Shown: positions 11,890 to 23,949, numbered from the stretch's first letter. The stretch is DNA of 24,648 nucleotides from an uncultured bacterium (GCA_929200685.1 CAKNAO010000001.1:1552-26199); one strand, 5' to 3'. Notes: generated by a model from the sequence alone, not told the origin. Numbers and translations are program-made.

Positions 11890-13417
11890 ATAATAAATTA
11901 ATTTTTAATGGAAACTTATTATCAAATTTATTAAAATCCAATATTTTATCAAATCCAATTTTTTTAAATCCAAATGAATTGATAATAACAAGATGAGATT
12001 TATTTTTAATAACAATTGAAAGCATTGTAAATAAAGCATAAATTCCATTTAATAAATTATTTAAAACTTCAGAAAGTCTTTTTTTATTATTAGTTAATTT
12101 TCAAGGCATTGTTAAATCAATATATTTATTAAGTTCTTTTCCAAGTTCGATAACATTTTGAAAACCATTAAAAATTTTATATTTGTCCATTTCTTTTATA
12201 AAATTATTTGTTTTTTTAATTATTATATTTAAAATATTTTCATCATTTTTATTAGAAGTTTTTTTATGTTTTATTGGTTTATTAAAATTTTGATGAATCA
12301 TACTTACAACTCTTGAAAATAAATTTCCATAAATATTTGCAAGTTCTGAATTATAAGTATTTTTAAGTAAATTTTCATCAAAAATACCATCTTCATTAGT
12401 TTTAATTTTAGAAACTAAAAAATATTTAATTGTTTCATTATCATAATTTTTTAAAAGTTTTAAGGGGTTAATAACATTTCCTTTAGATTTAGACATTTTA
12501 CCTTTTGGAGTAATAATTCAACCATGTGAAAGAATTGTTGTGGGTTGTTTTAAATTAATACTTTTTAAAATAATTGGTCAATAAATTCCATGAAATCTTG
12601 TTATTTCTTTTCCAATAACATGAACTATTTCATCTCCATTTTCTCAAAATTTTTTAAACTCTAAATCATTTTCAGAATTATAACCAAGAGCAGTTATATA
12701 ATTATTTAATGCATCAAGTCAAACATACAAAATATGTTTATTGTCTTCTTTTACTTTAATTCCTCAATCAAAAGTTGATCTTGTTACTGAGAGATCTTCA
12801 AGTCCTTTTTTAATAAAATTATTTAAAAGTTCATTAATTATTTTTTTAGGTTGAATAAATTTTGGATGTTCTTTTAAATATTTTTTTCATCATTTTTCAT
12901 AATTAGAAATTTTAAAAAAATAAGATTCTTCTTCAACTTCTTTAAGTTCATGTTTAGAAATTGGATGATAATATTTTCCATCTTTTTTTTTGGCTTGAAA
13001 AAGAGTTAAATATTCTTCATCAGAAACTGAATAAAGCCCTTTATATTTACCTTTGTAAATATTCCTGGAATTTAAAAGATAACTAAATTGTTTAGAAACT
13101 GCTTCTTTATGTTTTGGACTTGTAGTTCTTGAAAAATAATCATATTGAATATCCATTTTTTCTCATAAATCAATAAATTTTTTACTTGTTAAATCAACAT
13201 ATTTTTGAGGATTCATGGAATTTTCAATTGCTTTTTGTTGAATTTTTTGACCATGTTCATCTGAACCAGTTAAAAATCTAGTTTCAAATCCCATTAATTT
13301 TTTATAATTATTCAAAGTAGCAGCAATAGTAGTTGTAAAAACATGTCCAATATGTAAATTGCCAGAAGGATAATATATTGGAGTTGTAACATAAAATGTT
13401 TTCTTTTTCTTTATCAC
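11873..13417 (-). CDS. metG: Methionine--tRNA ligase (514 aa, GTG start)
   Basis: [11 protein letters not shown] (HIGH), TGSDEHG, YVWLDALNNY, KMSKS. Frame checked across TGA codons. SD AGGAG before GTG. Confidence 0.97.
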
Positions 13418-14190
13418 TATTTTTCTCCTCTAATATATTTTATTGGTTTATATAATTTTTTGGTACTTTTTTTATATTCATGATTTTTTTTGTCTTTATT
13501 ATGAAGATAAATATTTTTAAGAAAATTAGTGCCTCATCCAGTTTTAAATCTTGCTTCAACAAGAACTAAATTTGATTTTGAATCAACTCTTGGATAAACA
13601 AATTGAACTCTTTTAGGTTCAAAAGAATATTTACGCATAAATTCACAAATATCTATAAACCTTTCTGTTGGCATAACAATTGCAAGATAACCTTTTTGTT
13701 CAATTATTTTTGAACTACCTTTAATTAATTGTTCTAAATTAAGTTTTATTTCATGTGTTGCTATTAAAAGTTCATCATTTCCTTTTTTTTTAATTTTTGA
13801 ATCAATTTTATAAAATGGAGGATTACAAACTATTGTGTTGTACTTTTTTTGTTGATTTTGAGAATGATTTTTATAAAAATCATTAAAATTTGCATTAATT
13901 AAATTAATATTTTTTTCTTTTTTATTTAAATAAATATTTTTTTTAGCTAAATTAATTGCTTTTTTTTGAATTTCAATTGCATCAATTTTTAAATCTTTTT
14001 TTCTTTCAGAAATAAAAATTGAAAGAGCCCCATTATTAGTTCCAACTTCTAAAATATGTTTAGTATTAACATTGATTGTTAAAAAATTACCAAGTAATAT
14101 AGTATCAATTGAATAATTAAAAGCTTCTTTATCTTGATAAATATACAAATTAGAATCAAAACCTAGTGAATTTTTTACTATCTTAGACAT
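13417..14190 (-). CDS. tRNA1(Val) (adenine37-N6)-methyltransferase family, YfiC/TrmN-like (257 aa)
   Basis: [21 protein letters not shown] motif, [11 protein letters not shown] at 14190 follows SD AAGGAG (the track's 14214 start is probably too early). Extends through TGA to a TAG overlapping the metG GTG. Confidence 0.88.
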
Positions 14191-14200
14191 TTTTCTCCTT

Positions 14201-15193
14201 TTAATATTTTTCAATTTTATATTTATTTAAAATTATATTTGATTCATCAGAAATAATACCTGGTTGAACTTCAGAAATATGACCTTTTTTAAGAATAGCC
14301 ATTATTAATTTGCCGATGTTAATTTTGATTTCAATAATATTTTCATCTTTTTTAATTAAATCTGCATAAAAATCTAACTCTTTTAAATTTTCTTTATTAT
14401 TTAAAGATAGTTGATCTGATAAAATAATACCATTAGCAAGTAAAGCAATAGAAGCAACTTTTAAAACTGAATTATTAACAAAATCTTTTAAAACAATTTG
14501 ATAAAAATTATTTTGTGAATATATTTCAATTGGAATAATAGAATGAAAATGACCTGAATATAGTTTTAATCCTGGATTTTGAAGTATATAACCATTAAGT
14601 TCATGGGCAAATTCTATTTCTCTTTCTTTTTTTGAAGAATTTGGATATTCATTTTCCATTGTTTGACTTGAAACATAAGAAGCAAATTCAGGAAAATTAC
14701 TTTTTAAATTATATTTTTTTGAAATTCTTTTTTCAATAGAATAAAAAAGTAAATAAAGATCTTGAACTTCTTTTTTTAAATATTTTTTAATATCAATATT
14801 TTTAGAAATTTTTACTTGAATAGTTAAATCATATTTTAAAACTGTTGAAGTAGGAGTTTCAGGTAAATCTCTTCAAATAAACATGCTTTTATTAAAAATT
14901 CCTTCATTATCATTTAATTTTAATTTATCAAATAAAGTTCTAAGTCAATTTGAATTAGTTAAAAGTAATTTAGCAACATTGTAATTATCTCCTAAATCAA
15001 ACGTTAGTGGTCTTGTTTTTTCTTCCATATTAATAGTTATTTCAGAATCTTCTTTTAAAAAAGTTGGTGAAAGTACGCTTAAAATAGAGTATTTATTATT
15101 AAAAAAATCTTTAATTTTTTTAATAATTAGTTCAGTTTCTTTAATTGTATCTTTAAGAGAAATTTTGGGTGTATAAGTTGTATTATATTTCAT
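14201..15193 (-). CDS. Aspartate--ammonia ligase (AsnA)-like protein with degenerate catalytic motifs (330 aa)
   Basis: Two track fragments share a frame across TGA. Colinear similarity to AsnA: RPLTFD, EGIFNKSMFIWRD, EYPNSSKKEREIEFA, KLYSGHFH, LIMAILKKGHISEVQPGI. Active-site motifs are substituted. Confidence 0.8.
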
Positions 15194-15227
15194 AATAACA
15201 ATTATAAAATAAAAATAGTTTTAATAA

Positions 15228-15875
15228 TTAACTAAATCAAGGTTGGAAAACAATCATTCCAACAATTATATGAATAATTATTAATATAAATAAATTAACT
15301 TTTTTTCTATATAAAATAAATGATTCTAGTATTACAAAAATTGTATAAAAAATTAAAGCATAAAATCTTCATCCTGAAAAAAATATTGATTTAGAAGATT
15401 TTTGTAATGATAAATAACTAGAAGCATTATTAAAGCTTACAAAAGGTAAAATTGTTGAAATAAATAATTGAATTGATAATGTTAAAAGTATTCCAATAAT
15501 TACTGGTCTTAAATATTTAATGATATTTTTCAAATATTTTGATTGTTCTGTTTTTGCAATCATTTTATAAGCTCAAAAAATCATTAAAATTGAAGGAATA
15601 GCAAAAACTAAATAAGTCAATAAAAGTGATAATCAACCTCATCATTGTCCATTTGAAATTAAATAACCTGTAAAAGCAGCAAATTTAGTACCTATAACTC
15701 CAGGAGTTGAATTTGCTATTGTGAATATATTTTCAATCAAATCTTGATTAATATTTGCACCATTTTTATCAAGTAATTCTCATAGTGATTTAAATAATGG
15801 CATAAATACTTGACCACTACCAAACACTATTATTCCTAGAAGAAAAACACCAAATATTGAAATTAATAAAATCAT
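15228..15875 (-). CDS. Short-chain chromate transporter (CHR family), second subunit (215 aa)
   Basis: VFGSGQVFMP, IANSTPG...FAAFTGY motifs, multiple TM helices. ATG overlaps the upstream TAA. Confidence 0.85.
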
Positions 15876-16435
15876 TATTTAATATTTCTTTCTTTAAAAT
15901 ATCCATAAATAAGTGTGATAATGATAATAAATATCATAAAAATTGCTGGAATATTTCAAGGAGTTGGAATAAATAAAGAAAAAGCAATACTAAATATTAT
16001 CAAACTAATCATTAATGGAATTCCAATTTCTTTTTTTGAAAGTTTTATAAATCTTATTGAAAAAGATAAAAGCAATCCAATGATTACTGGCATCACTGAA
16101 ACATTAATAACATATAAATAATTTGAAGGTATGTATTTTTGAGTAAATATTAATATTGTTAAGGCAAATAAAACATGTGGTAATATTCCTAATAATGCAA
16201 TAATTGCTCCTTTTCATTTCCCAAGCATTTTCATTGAAATATATGAAAGTGATTCTACTACTGAAGGACCAGGAATCATATTAGTTGCAATAATTAATTT
16301 ATCAAATTCTTTTTCTGTTAATCATTTATTTTTAACAACTGCTTCTTGACGCATAAAAGGAAATAAAGCATTTCCACCACCAAAAGCCATAAATGTTGAT
16401 TTTAAAATAAAATATAAAACTTTTAAACTAATCAT
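15875..16435 (-). CDS. Short-chain chromate transporter (CHR family), first subunit (186 aa)
   Basis: AFGGGNALFP, KNKWLTEKEF, TNMIPGPS signature motifs. Absent from the track because of TGA codons. Confidence 0.87.
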
Positions 16436-17064
16436 TTTTTATTAATCTTTCTATATAAATTTTTTATTGTATTATTTAATGTTATTTGATCATGAATTCT
16501 AATTACAAAATTTTCATTTTTAAAAGAAAAACAAAAACCATATTTTTCATGTTTAACATTATATATTTTATTTCAATTAAAATATTTTATTTTTTGTTTT
16601 GTGATAAACATAATTCTAAAATTTGTAATATTTAAATTACCATCATCAAGTTTTATCAATAATTCTTTATTTAAAAAAAGTTTTGCATTTGTAAATTTTG
16701 CTCCAACTTTTTCTTTTGCAAAAAGTTTTTCATTAACTTCTAAAATTTTAATATGTCTATCAATCGAAAATATTCTCTCTTCAATTAAAAAAAGATTATG
16801 TTTTTCAATTTGATTTAACTGAATTCTTGATTTAAAAATTATTCATTTTAATTTTTTAAATGTAATTTCATTTTCTTTTTGATTTAAAAATCATTTATTA
16901 ATTAAATTATGAATATAAGATTCTTTTCAAAGTTTATCTTCATCTTTAAAAATTTTTTTAAATTTAAAAAATGAAATACTTTCTAAATTATATTGATTAA
17001 TAATATTTTTATATTTTTTATCCATTATTTTAGTAACAATAATATTAAGTGGTCTTTTGAACAT
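16423..17064 (-). CDS. Hypothetical protein (213 aa) with possible C-terminal PH/GRAM-like domain
   Basis: Open frame under code 4 fills the gap between eno and the CHR genes. ATG at 17064 is 6 nt below a TATAAT (alternative ATG at 17025). Contains GNLNITNFRIMF. Overlaps the next gene by 13 nt. Confidence 0.7.
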
Positions 17065-17112
17065 AAAAAGATTATAAATAAAAAACATAAATGGTTTTTA
17101 ATGAATTGAAAT

Positions 17113-18561
<1,449 letters not shown>

Positions 18562-18608
18562 TTATTTTTTAAAAAATATATACTTAAAAATTATATAAAA
18601 ATTATTTT

Positions 18609-19340
18609 TTATTTTTTTATAATCTTAGTTTTTTTAGTTAAAAAATATATTGTTAAAAAGGAAATTCCAATATATAAACCACCTATAACAATTGGAAATA
18701 TAATGCTTACTCAAAGTGGTTGAGTTTTAAATCTTAAAAAAGGATAAATTGCATCTTTATGATTTCCACCATAAATAAAATAAATAATTGTTGCAAAAAT
18801 CAATCATGCAAAAGGATAAATAGAAACCAAAATAAGGTCTTTTTTAAGATTTAAATTTAATTTTAGTTTTTCCTTTTTAATTTCATAAATATATACTATC
18901 ATATAAATCAATGGAACAAATGTATGGAGAAAAAGTGTTGTTGTAAAAGTTAAAATTGTATATGAATTTCCTTTTGTAATTTTATCTGGAAATAAATATA
19001 ATCAAAAAACTAACATTGTAATTTTTAATGAAACAAATGTTAGTGTTTTAATTCTATTAGTATGAACACAATCTCTTCTTAAAAAACCAAGAACATTTAT
19101 TAATGAAATAATAAAAGCTAAAAAATTTGATTGAAATGTAAAATAAAAATATATATAAACACTATCTTGAGAAAAAGGTCGAGGATAATTAACACTTGGT
19201 TCTAAAAGACTTGGACTAAATTGAACTATATGAAATAATAATAATCCTATAAATGAAACTATTAACAATAATATTCAAATTTTAAAACTTTTATATTTTT
19301 TTAAATTTTTAGAAAAATTTTCTTTAACATGATTAAACAT
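18609..19340 (-). CDS. Pr6Pr-family (AIG1/FAR-17a-like) multipass membrane protein (243 aa)
   Basis: Frame read fully. Motifs YFYFTFQSN, FLHTFVP, IYPFAW, IYPFL, and about six hydrophobic segments. Confidence 0.75.
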
Positions 19341-19386
19341 AAATTAATTATATATAAAAAAAAAATAATAATCATTTTATCAAAAT

Positions 19387-19749
19387 CTAAATTTTATTTT
19401 TAATTCCCTTTTTAACTAATTCAACTATCATTTCAAATTCTTTTGGTTGATGTATTGCTAATTCAGATAACATTTTTCTATTAATTTGAATGTTTGAAAT
19501 TTTCAAACCATTCATAAATTTAGAATAAGATAAACCCATTGGTCTAACAGCAGCATTAATACGTGCTATTCATAATTTTCTAAAATTTCTTTTAACTTGT
19601 TTTCTATCTCTAAATGCATATGTTCATGATTTAATTACTTGTTGTTTTGCAACTTTAAAACCAATATGTTTATGACCAAAATATCCTTTAGCTAATTTAA
19701 GTCATTTTTTACGTCTTTTTCTTGTTACATTCCCAATTTTAACTCTCAT
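19387..19749 (-). CDS. rplT: 50S ribosomal protein L20 (120 aa)
   Basis: MRVK...AKGYFG...[26 protein letters not shown]...[10 protein letters not shown]...[10 protein letters not shown]. Missed by the track because of TGA codons. Confidence 0.97.
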
Positions 19750-19759
19750 CAATAGCTCC

Positions 19760-19948
19760 TTAAATTAAACCTTTAAGTCTTTTAAAATCAGAAGGATGCA
19801 TTAAACTTGATTTTCTTGATTGACGTTTTTGTTTAGTTGTTTTATTTTGAGCAAGATGTGATCTATATGCACAACTTCTTTTTACTTTACCAGAAGAAGA
19901 AACTTTTATTCTTTTAGTTAAAGATGATTTAGATTTCATTTTTGACAT
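19760..19948 (-). CDS. rpmI: 50S ribosomal protein L35 (62 aa)
   Basis: [22 protein letters not shown]...HLAQNKT. Lies between infC and rplT. SD AGGAG. Confidence 0.96.
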   Translation of the reverse strand: MSKMKSKSSLTKRIKVSSSGKVKRSCAYRSHLAQNKTTKQKRQSRKSSLMHPSDFKRLKGLI

Positions 19949-20513
19949 TTTTTGACTCCTTTTTAGAAATTTTTACTTTATCACCACTTATAAATAAATC
20001 TAAAAATCTTCCTCCATTTAAAGTTGCTGGTTTATCAATTTTAGCAATATCTTCTAATGTTTTAAAAAATTCATCTAATTTTTCATAACCAAGTTCTTTT
20101 CTTGCCATTTCTCTTCCTCTAAATTTTAAAGATATTTTTACTCTATCACCTGCTAGAATAAATTCTCTTGCTTTTTTAGATTTAACCATTAAATCATGAA
20201 TTCCAATCATTGGCGTTAATCTAACTTCTCTATTATTAATAATAGTTTGTTTTTGTTTAACTTCTTTTCTTTTCTTTTTACGTTCATATTTAAACTTACC
20301 ATAATCGAGAATTTTTGCAACTGGTTGTTTTGGATTGCTTGAAATAACTACTAAATCAAAGCCATTTGATTTTGCTTTTTCAACAGCATTTTTTTTATCC
20401 ATAACACCAAGTTTTTCACCTTTGTTTGAAATAATGAATAATTTTTTAAATGGAATATTTTCATTTATTAAATGTTCGGGTTTAGGTTTTTTTCTATTGT
20501 TTTGTTTTTTAAT
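19929..20513 (-). CDS. infC: Translation initiation factor IF-3 (194 aa, non-canonical ATT start)
   Basis: INENI, DLVVIS...[35 protein letters not shown]. An in-frame ATT lies 7 nt after AAGGAG, and no ATG is near the expected start. Confidence 0.93.
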   Translation of the reverse strand: MKKQNNRKKPKPEHLINENIPFKKLFIISNKGEKLGVMDKKNAVEKAKSNGFDLVVISSNPKQPVAKILDYGKFKYERKKKRKEVKQKQTIINNREVRLTPMIGIHDLMVKSKKAREFILAGDRVKISLKFRGREMARKELGYEKLDEFFKTLEDIAKIDKPATLNGGRFLDLFISGDKVKISKKESKNVKNEI

Positions 20514-20526
20514 AACTTTACTCCTT

Positions 20527-20652
20527 AAAATAAGAAAAAAGTGGTAATAACCACTCCTCAAAAACTACAAAATCCTAGGTCTTAACAAAACCCCCAGTAT
20601 ATTAACTAGCAGGTGAGAAGTGAATCTACTTTCTGCAAAATAAATTTATTAC
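20527..20652 (-). ncRNA. L20-leader-like cis-regulatory RNA (attenuator) upstream of infC-rpmI-rplT
   Basis: AAGTAGA...CACTTCTCACCTG resembles the Firmicute L20 leader 5' motif. Terminator AGTGGT-TATT-ACCACT-TTTTT at 20535-20555. Boundaries are approximate. Confidence 0.75.
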
Positions 20653-20658
20653 TAAATC

Positions 20659-20667
20659 ATTATAGCA
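20659..20667 (-). promoter_or_regulatory. Extended -10 promoter (TGCTATAAT) of the infC operon
   Basis: Exact TGnTATAAT immediately upstream of the leader. Confidence 0.75.
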
Positions 20668-20728
20668 TATTAAAAATAAAAAAATTCTTTTAAGATATTA
20701 AAAATATTTTAAATGTTAAAATATAAAT

Positions 20729-21283
20729 ATGAATAAAGAAATTATAGTAAATATTGAAATTCCAAAAGATTCTAATATTAAATATGAATTTGATAGAAAA
20801 AAAGGAAAAATAGTAGTAGATAGAATTTTAAGAGATGGTTTTAAATATCCAGCTAATTATGGTTTTTTAGAAGAAACACTTGACTGAGATGGTGATGAAT
20901 TAGATGTTTTAGTTTATTCAGAAAGAAAATTTATGCCAGGTGTTTCTTTAAACGCTAGAATTATTGGGGCAATGAAAATGATTGATGATGGAGAAACAGA
21001 TACTAAATTAATTGCTATTCACAATGATGATTATAAATTAGAAAAAATTGAAAATATTGAAGATATTCCAAAAAAATGACTAGATAAAGTTGAAACATTT
21101 TTTACAACATATAAAAACTGAAAAGGTGTTGGTACTACTTCAGTTTTAGGTTTTAAAGGATTTAAATGAGCTATCAAAGAATATAATGAATGTGTAAAAT
21201 TAATGAAAAAATATGGTAGTTGAGATAAAAATAAATTTATTAAAGAAATGAAAAAGAAACACCCAGAAAAATATACAAAATAA
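20729..21283 (+). CDS. ppa: Inorganic pyrophosphatase, family I (184 aa)
   Basis: [25 protein letters not shown]...[28 protein letters not shown]. Missed by the track because of TGA codons. Confidence 0.96.
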
Positions 21284-21287
21284 AAAG

Positions 21288-23162
21288 TTATTTTTTATTA
21301 TTTTTTTTAAAATTTTTCTTTATAAACTTTGGTTCAAAACCGGGTTTAGGTTCAGCATGTTTACATTTTGGAAATTTAGGACAACCTAAAAATTTGTTTC
21401 CATCTCTTTTATTTGTTCTAACTACAAGATTTGAATTACATTTAGGACATAATTTATCTGATTTTTCCAATGGAATTATAGTTACTTGAGTTTTTTCAAT
21501 TTGTTTTTCAATTTGTTTTTCAAATGAATTTCAAAAAATAGTTAGCATTTCTTTATAATCTTTTTTACCTTTTGCAATTTCATTTAAATCTTTTTCAAGC
21601 ATTGCAGTATATTCTTCATTCATAAATTTTGGAAAACCTTCAATTAATTTTTTATAAACAATATTTCCAAAATCTGTTATTTTCATTGCTTTATTTTCCA
21701 TATCAACATAAAATCTTTTTTTCAATATTCTAATTATTGAAGCAAATGTAGAAGGTCTACCAACTTTAATATCATCTAATGTTTTAATTAATGAACCATC
21801 ATTGTATCTACTAGGTGGTTGGGTTTCTTTATCTTCAATATTATATTTTTTAACTTTAAATTTATCACCAATATTAAATTTAGGAATTTTTATTTCTTTT
21901 TTACTATCAATTTCTTTCATTTCAACAACTTTATAATAACCATCAAATATTATTTTTGAATATGATAATTTATATAGTAAATCTAATTCACTTAATTTAT
22001 AGTTAATATTTTCTCTAATAGGAACTTTCATTAGTGATTTCATTGTATTTTCTCAAATTAATTTATATAATTTATATTCTCTATCATTTAAATCAAATTT
22101 TATTTTTGCTTTTTTAGGAGTAAGTTTAATTGAAGTAGGTCTAATTGCTTCATGAGCATCTTGATCTCCTGAAATTCCTAAAATTTTATCTGATAAATAT
22201 TCTTTACCATATTTATTTAATATATATTCTTTAGCATGATTAACAAATGTATTTGAAAGTCTTGTTGAATCTGTCCGAGGATAAGATATTAATCCACCTT
22301 CACCATAACCTTCATACAATCTTTGAACTGTATTTTGAATAACACTTGCTGACATTCCAATTGAAGAGTTACCTTTTTTATATAAAGTTGATTGTTTAAA
22401 AGGAATAATTTTTTTTTCTTTTTTCTTTTTAATTTCAATATTTTTAATTATAAGTTCATTTGAAAATTTAGATTTAATTTCATTTATTTGACTTTCATCA
22501 ACTCAAGTATTATTTTTAAATTTTCCATTTTTTAAATAAAAAATAGCAATTAAATTATTTTCTAATTTTGCACTAATAACTTTATATTTTGTAGATACAA
22601 ATGATTTAATTAATTTTTCTCTTTCGAACACAAGTTTTAAAGCAATTGATTGAACTCTACCTGCTGAAGGATAAGTTGGTGAATTTTTAATTTTTGTTTG
22701 CATAATTTTAGAAAGTTTATAACCAATTATTCTATCTAAAATTCTTCTTGCAATTTGAGAATTAACAAGTTTTAAATCTAATTTTTGAGGATTTTTAATA
22801 GCATTTTCAATAGCAATTTTAGTAATTTCATTAAATCTTATTCTATAATATTTATCTTTAATATCAAGAAAATTTACAAGATTATCTCCAATTGCTTCAC
22901 CTTCACGATCTGGATCAGTAGCAATATAAACTTTATTAACTTCATTTAATTCTTTTTTTATTTCTTTAATTATTTTCTTTTTACTAGGATCAATTTTATA
23001 ATTTGGAATTCAAGTTTCTAAATCAACTCCAAAACCATGTGGTCCACTAGAAGGGAGTTTTACTATATGACCAACAGAAGCTTTAATAATATAATTATTG
23101 CCTAAATATTTTTCAAGTGCTTTAATTTTATTTGGTGATTCAACTATTACTAAGTTTTTCAT
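21288..23162 (-). CDS. topA: DNA topoisomerase I (624 aa, one C-terminal zinc ribbon)
   Basis: [60 protein letters not shown]...CPKFPKC. Four fragments share one frame. Confidence 0.97.
21492..21526. repeat. In-frame 12-bp tandem repeat (TTTTTCAATTTG x2 plus partial) inside topA
   Basis: Read directly. Encodes [11 protein letters not shown] in the linker before the zinc ribbon. Confidence 0.7.
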
Positions 23163-23211
23163 AATAATATCTTACAACTTTTTAAAATAAAAAAAGAATA
23201 TTTTAAAATAA

Positions 23212-23949
23212 TTAATTATTTTTACAATTATTTATATCTTTAATGCTTGTTATTAAATTAGCGCCTTGTTTAATTAATTCAGAATTTCCATCTTGTTTAG
23301 ATCCATCTCCAGGAAAACAATAAATTTCTTTTCCAAGATTTAAAAAATTAGTTATTAAATGATTAATTGGTCCATCTTTTAAAGATGAGAATAAAATTAA
23401 AATCTTTGCAAAAGAAGCAGTTAATCTATTTCTATCTTTGCATCTTTGTTTACTTAATTTTATTCCTTCTGGGTATTCACTTAAAAATAAACTATTTTTT
23501 TTATTTTTTATTTGAGAATGAATTTGATCTAAACCATTTGCTAAAACATAAATTGCTTTTTCATTAATTATTTTTTCAATTTCTCTATCAACCCCTTGAT
23601 AATACATTGAAATAATACAAGAAGATTTAGTTATTTCTGGAACAAATTTTTTAATTCTTTGATTTGTTTTTTGATCAACATCATTACCAGTAACACAAAT
23701 AATATTTTTTTTAAGTAAATCTATATTACCTTTATATCAAACAACAAAAGGAGGTTTATAAGCTTCTTTTAATTGTTTTGGATAATCATTATCTAAAATT
23801 GTTTTAAAATTTCATTTTTTTTCTTTAATTTTATTTTCAAGTAACTTAATTTCTTCCGGACTAACTATTTCTTTTTTTTCAAGAGCACTATATATTAAAT
23901 CTCAATCACCTTCATATTTAATTGTAAAATATAATAATATAATATTCAT
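23212..23949 (-). CDS. dprA: DNA-processing protein DprA/Smf (divergent, 245 aa)
   Basis: YFTIKYEGDWDLIY N-terminus, DNDYPKQLKEAYKPPFVVWYKGN, LSEYP, RNRL, GNSELIKQGANLI. Directly upstream of topA. SD AAGGAG. Confidence 0.88.

Noticed and set aside
20514-20561. Track's longer infC start at 20561 (MRSGYYHFF...)
   Set aside because: It would begin inside the leader terminator with no SD. The AAGGAG-spaced ATT at 20513 fits known infC biology.
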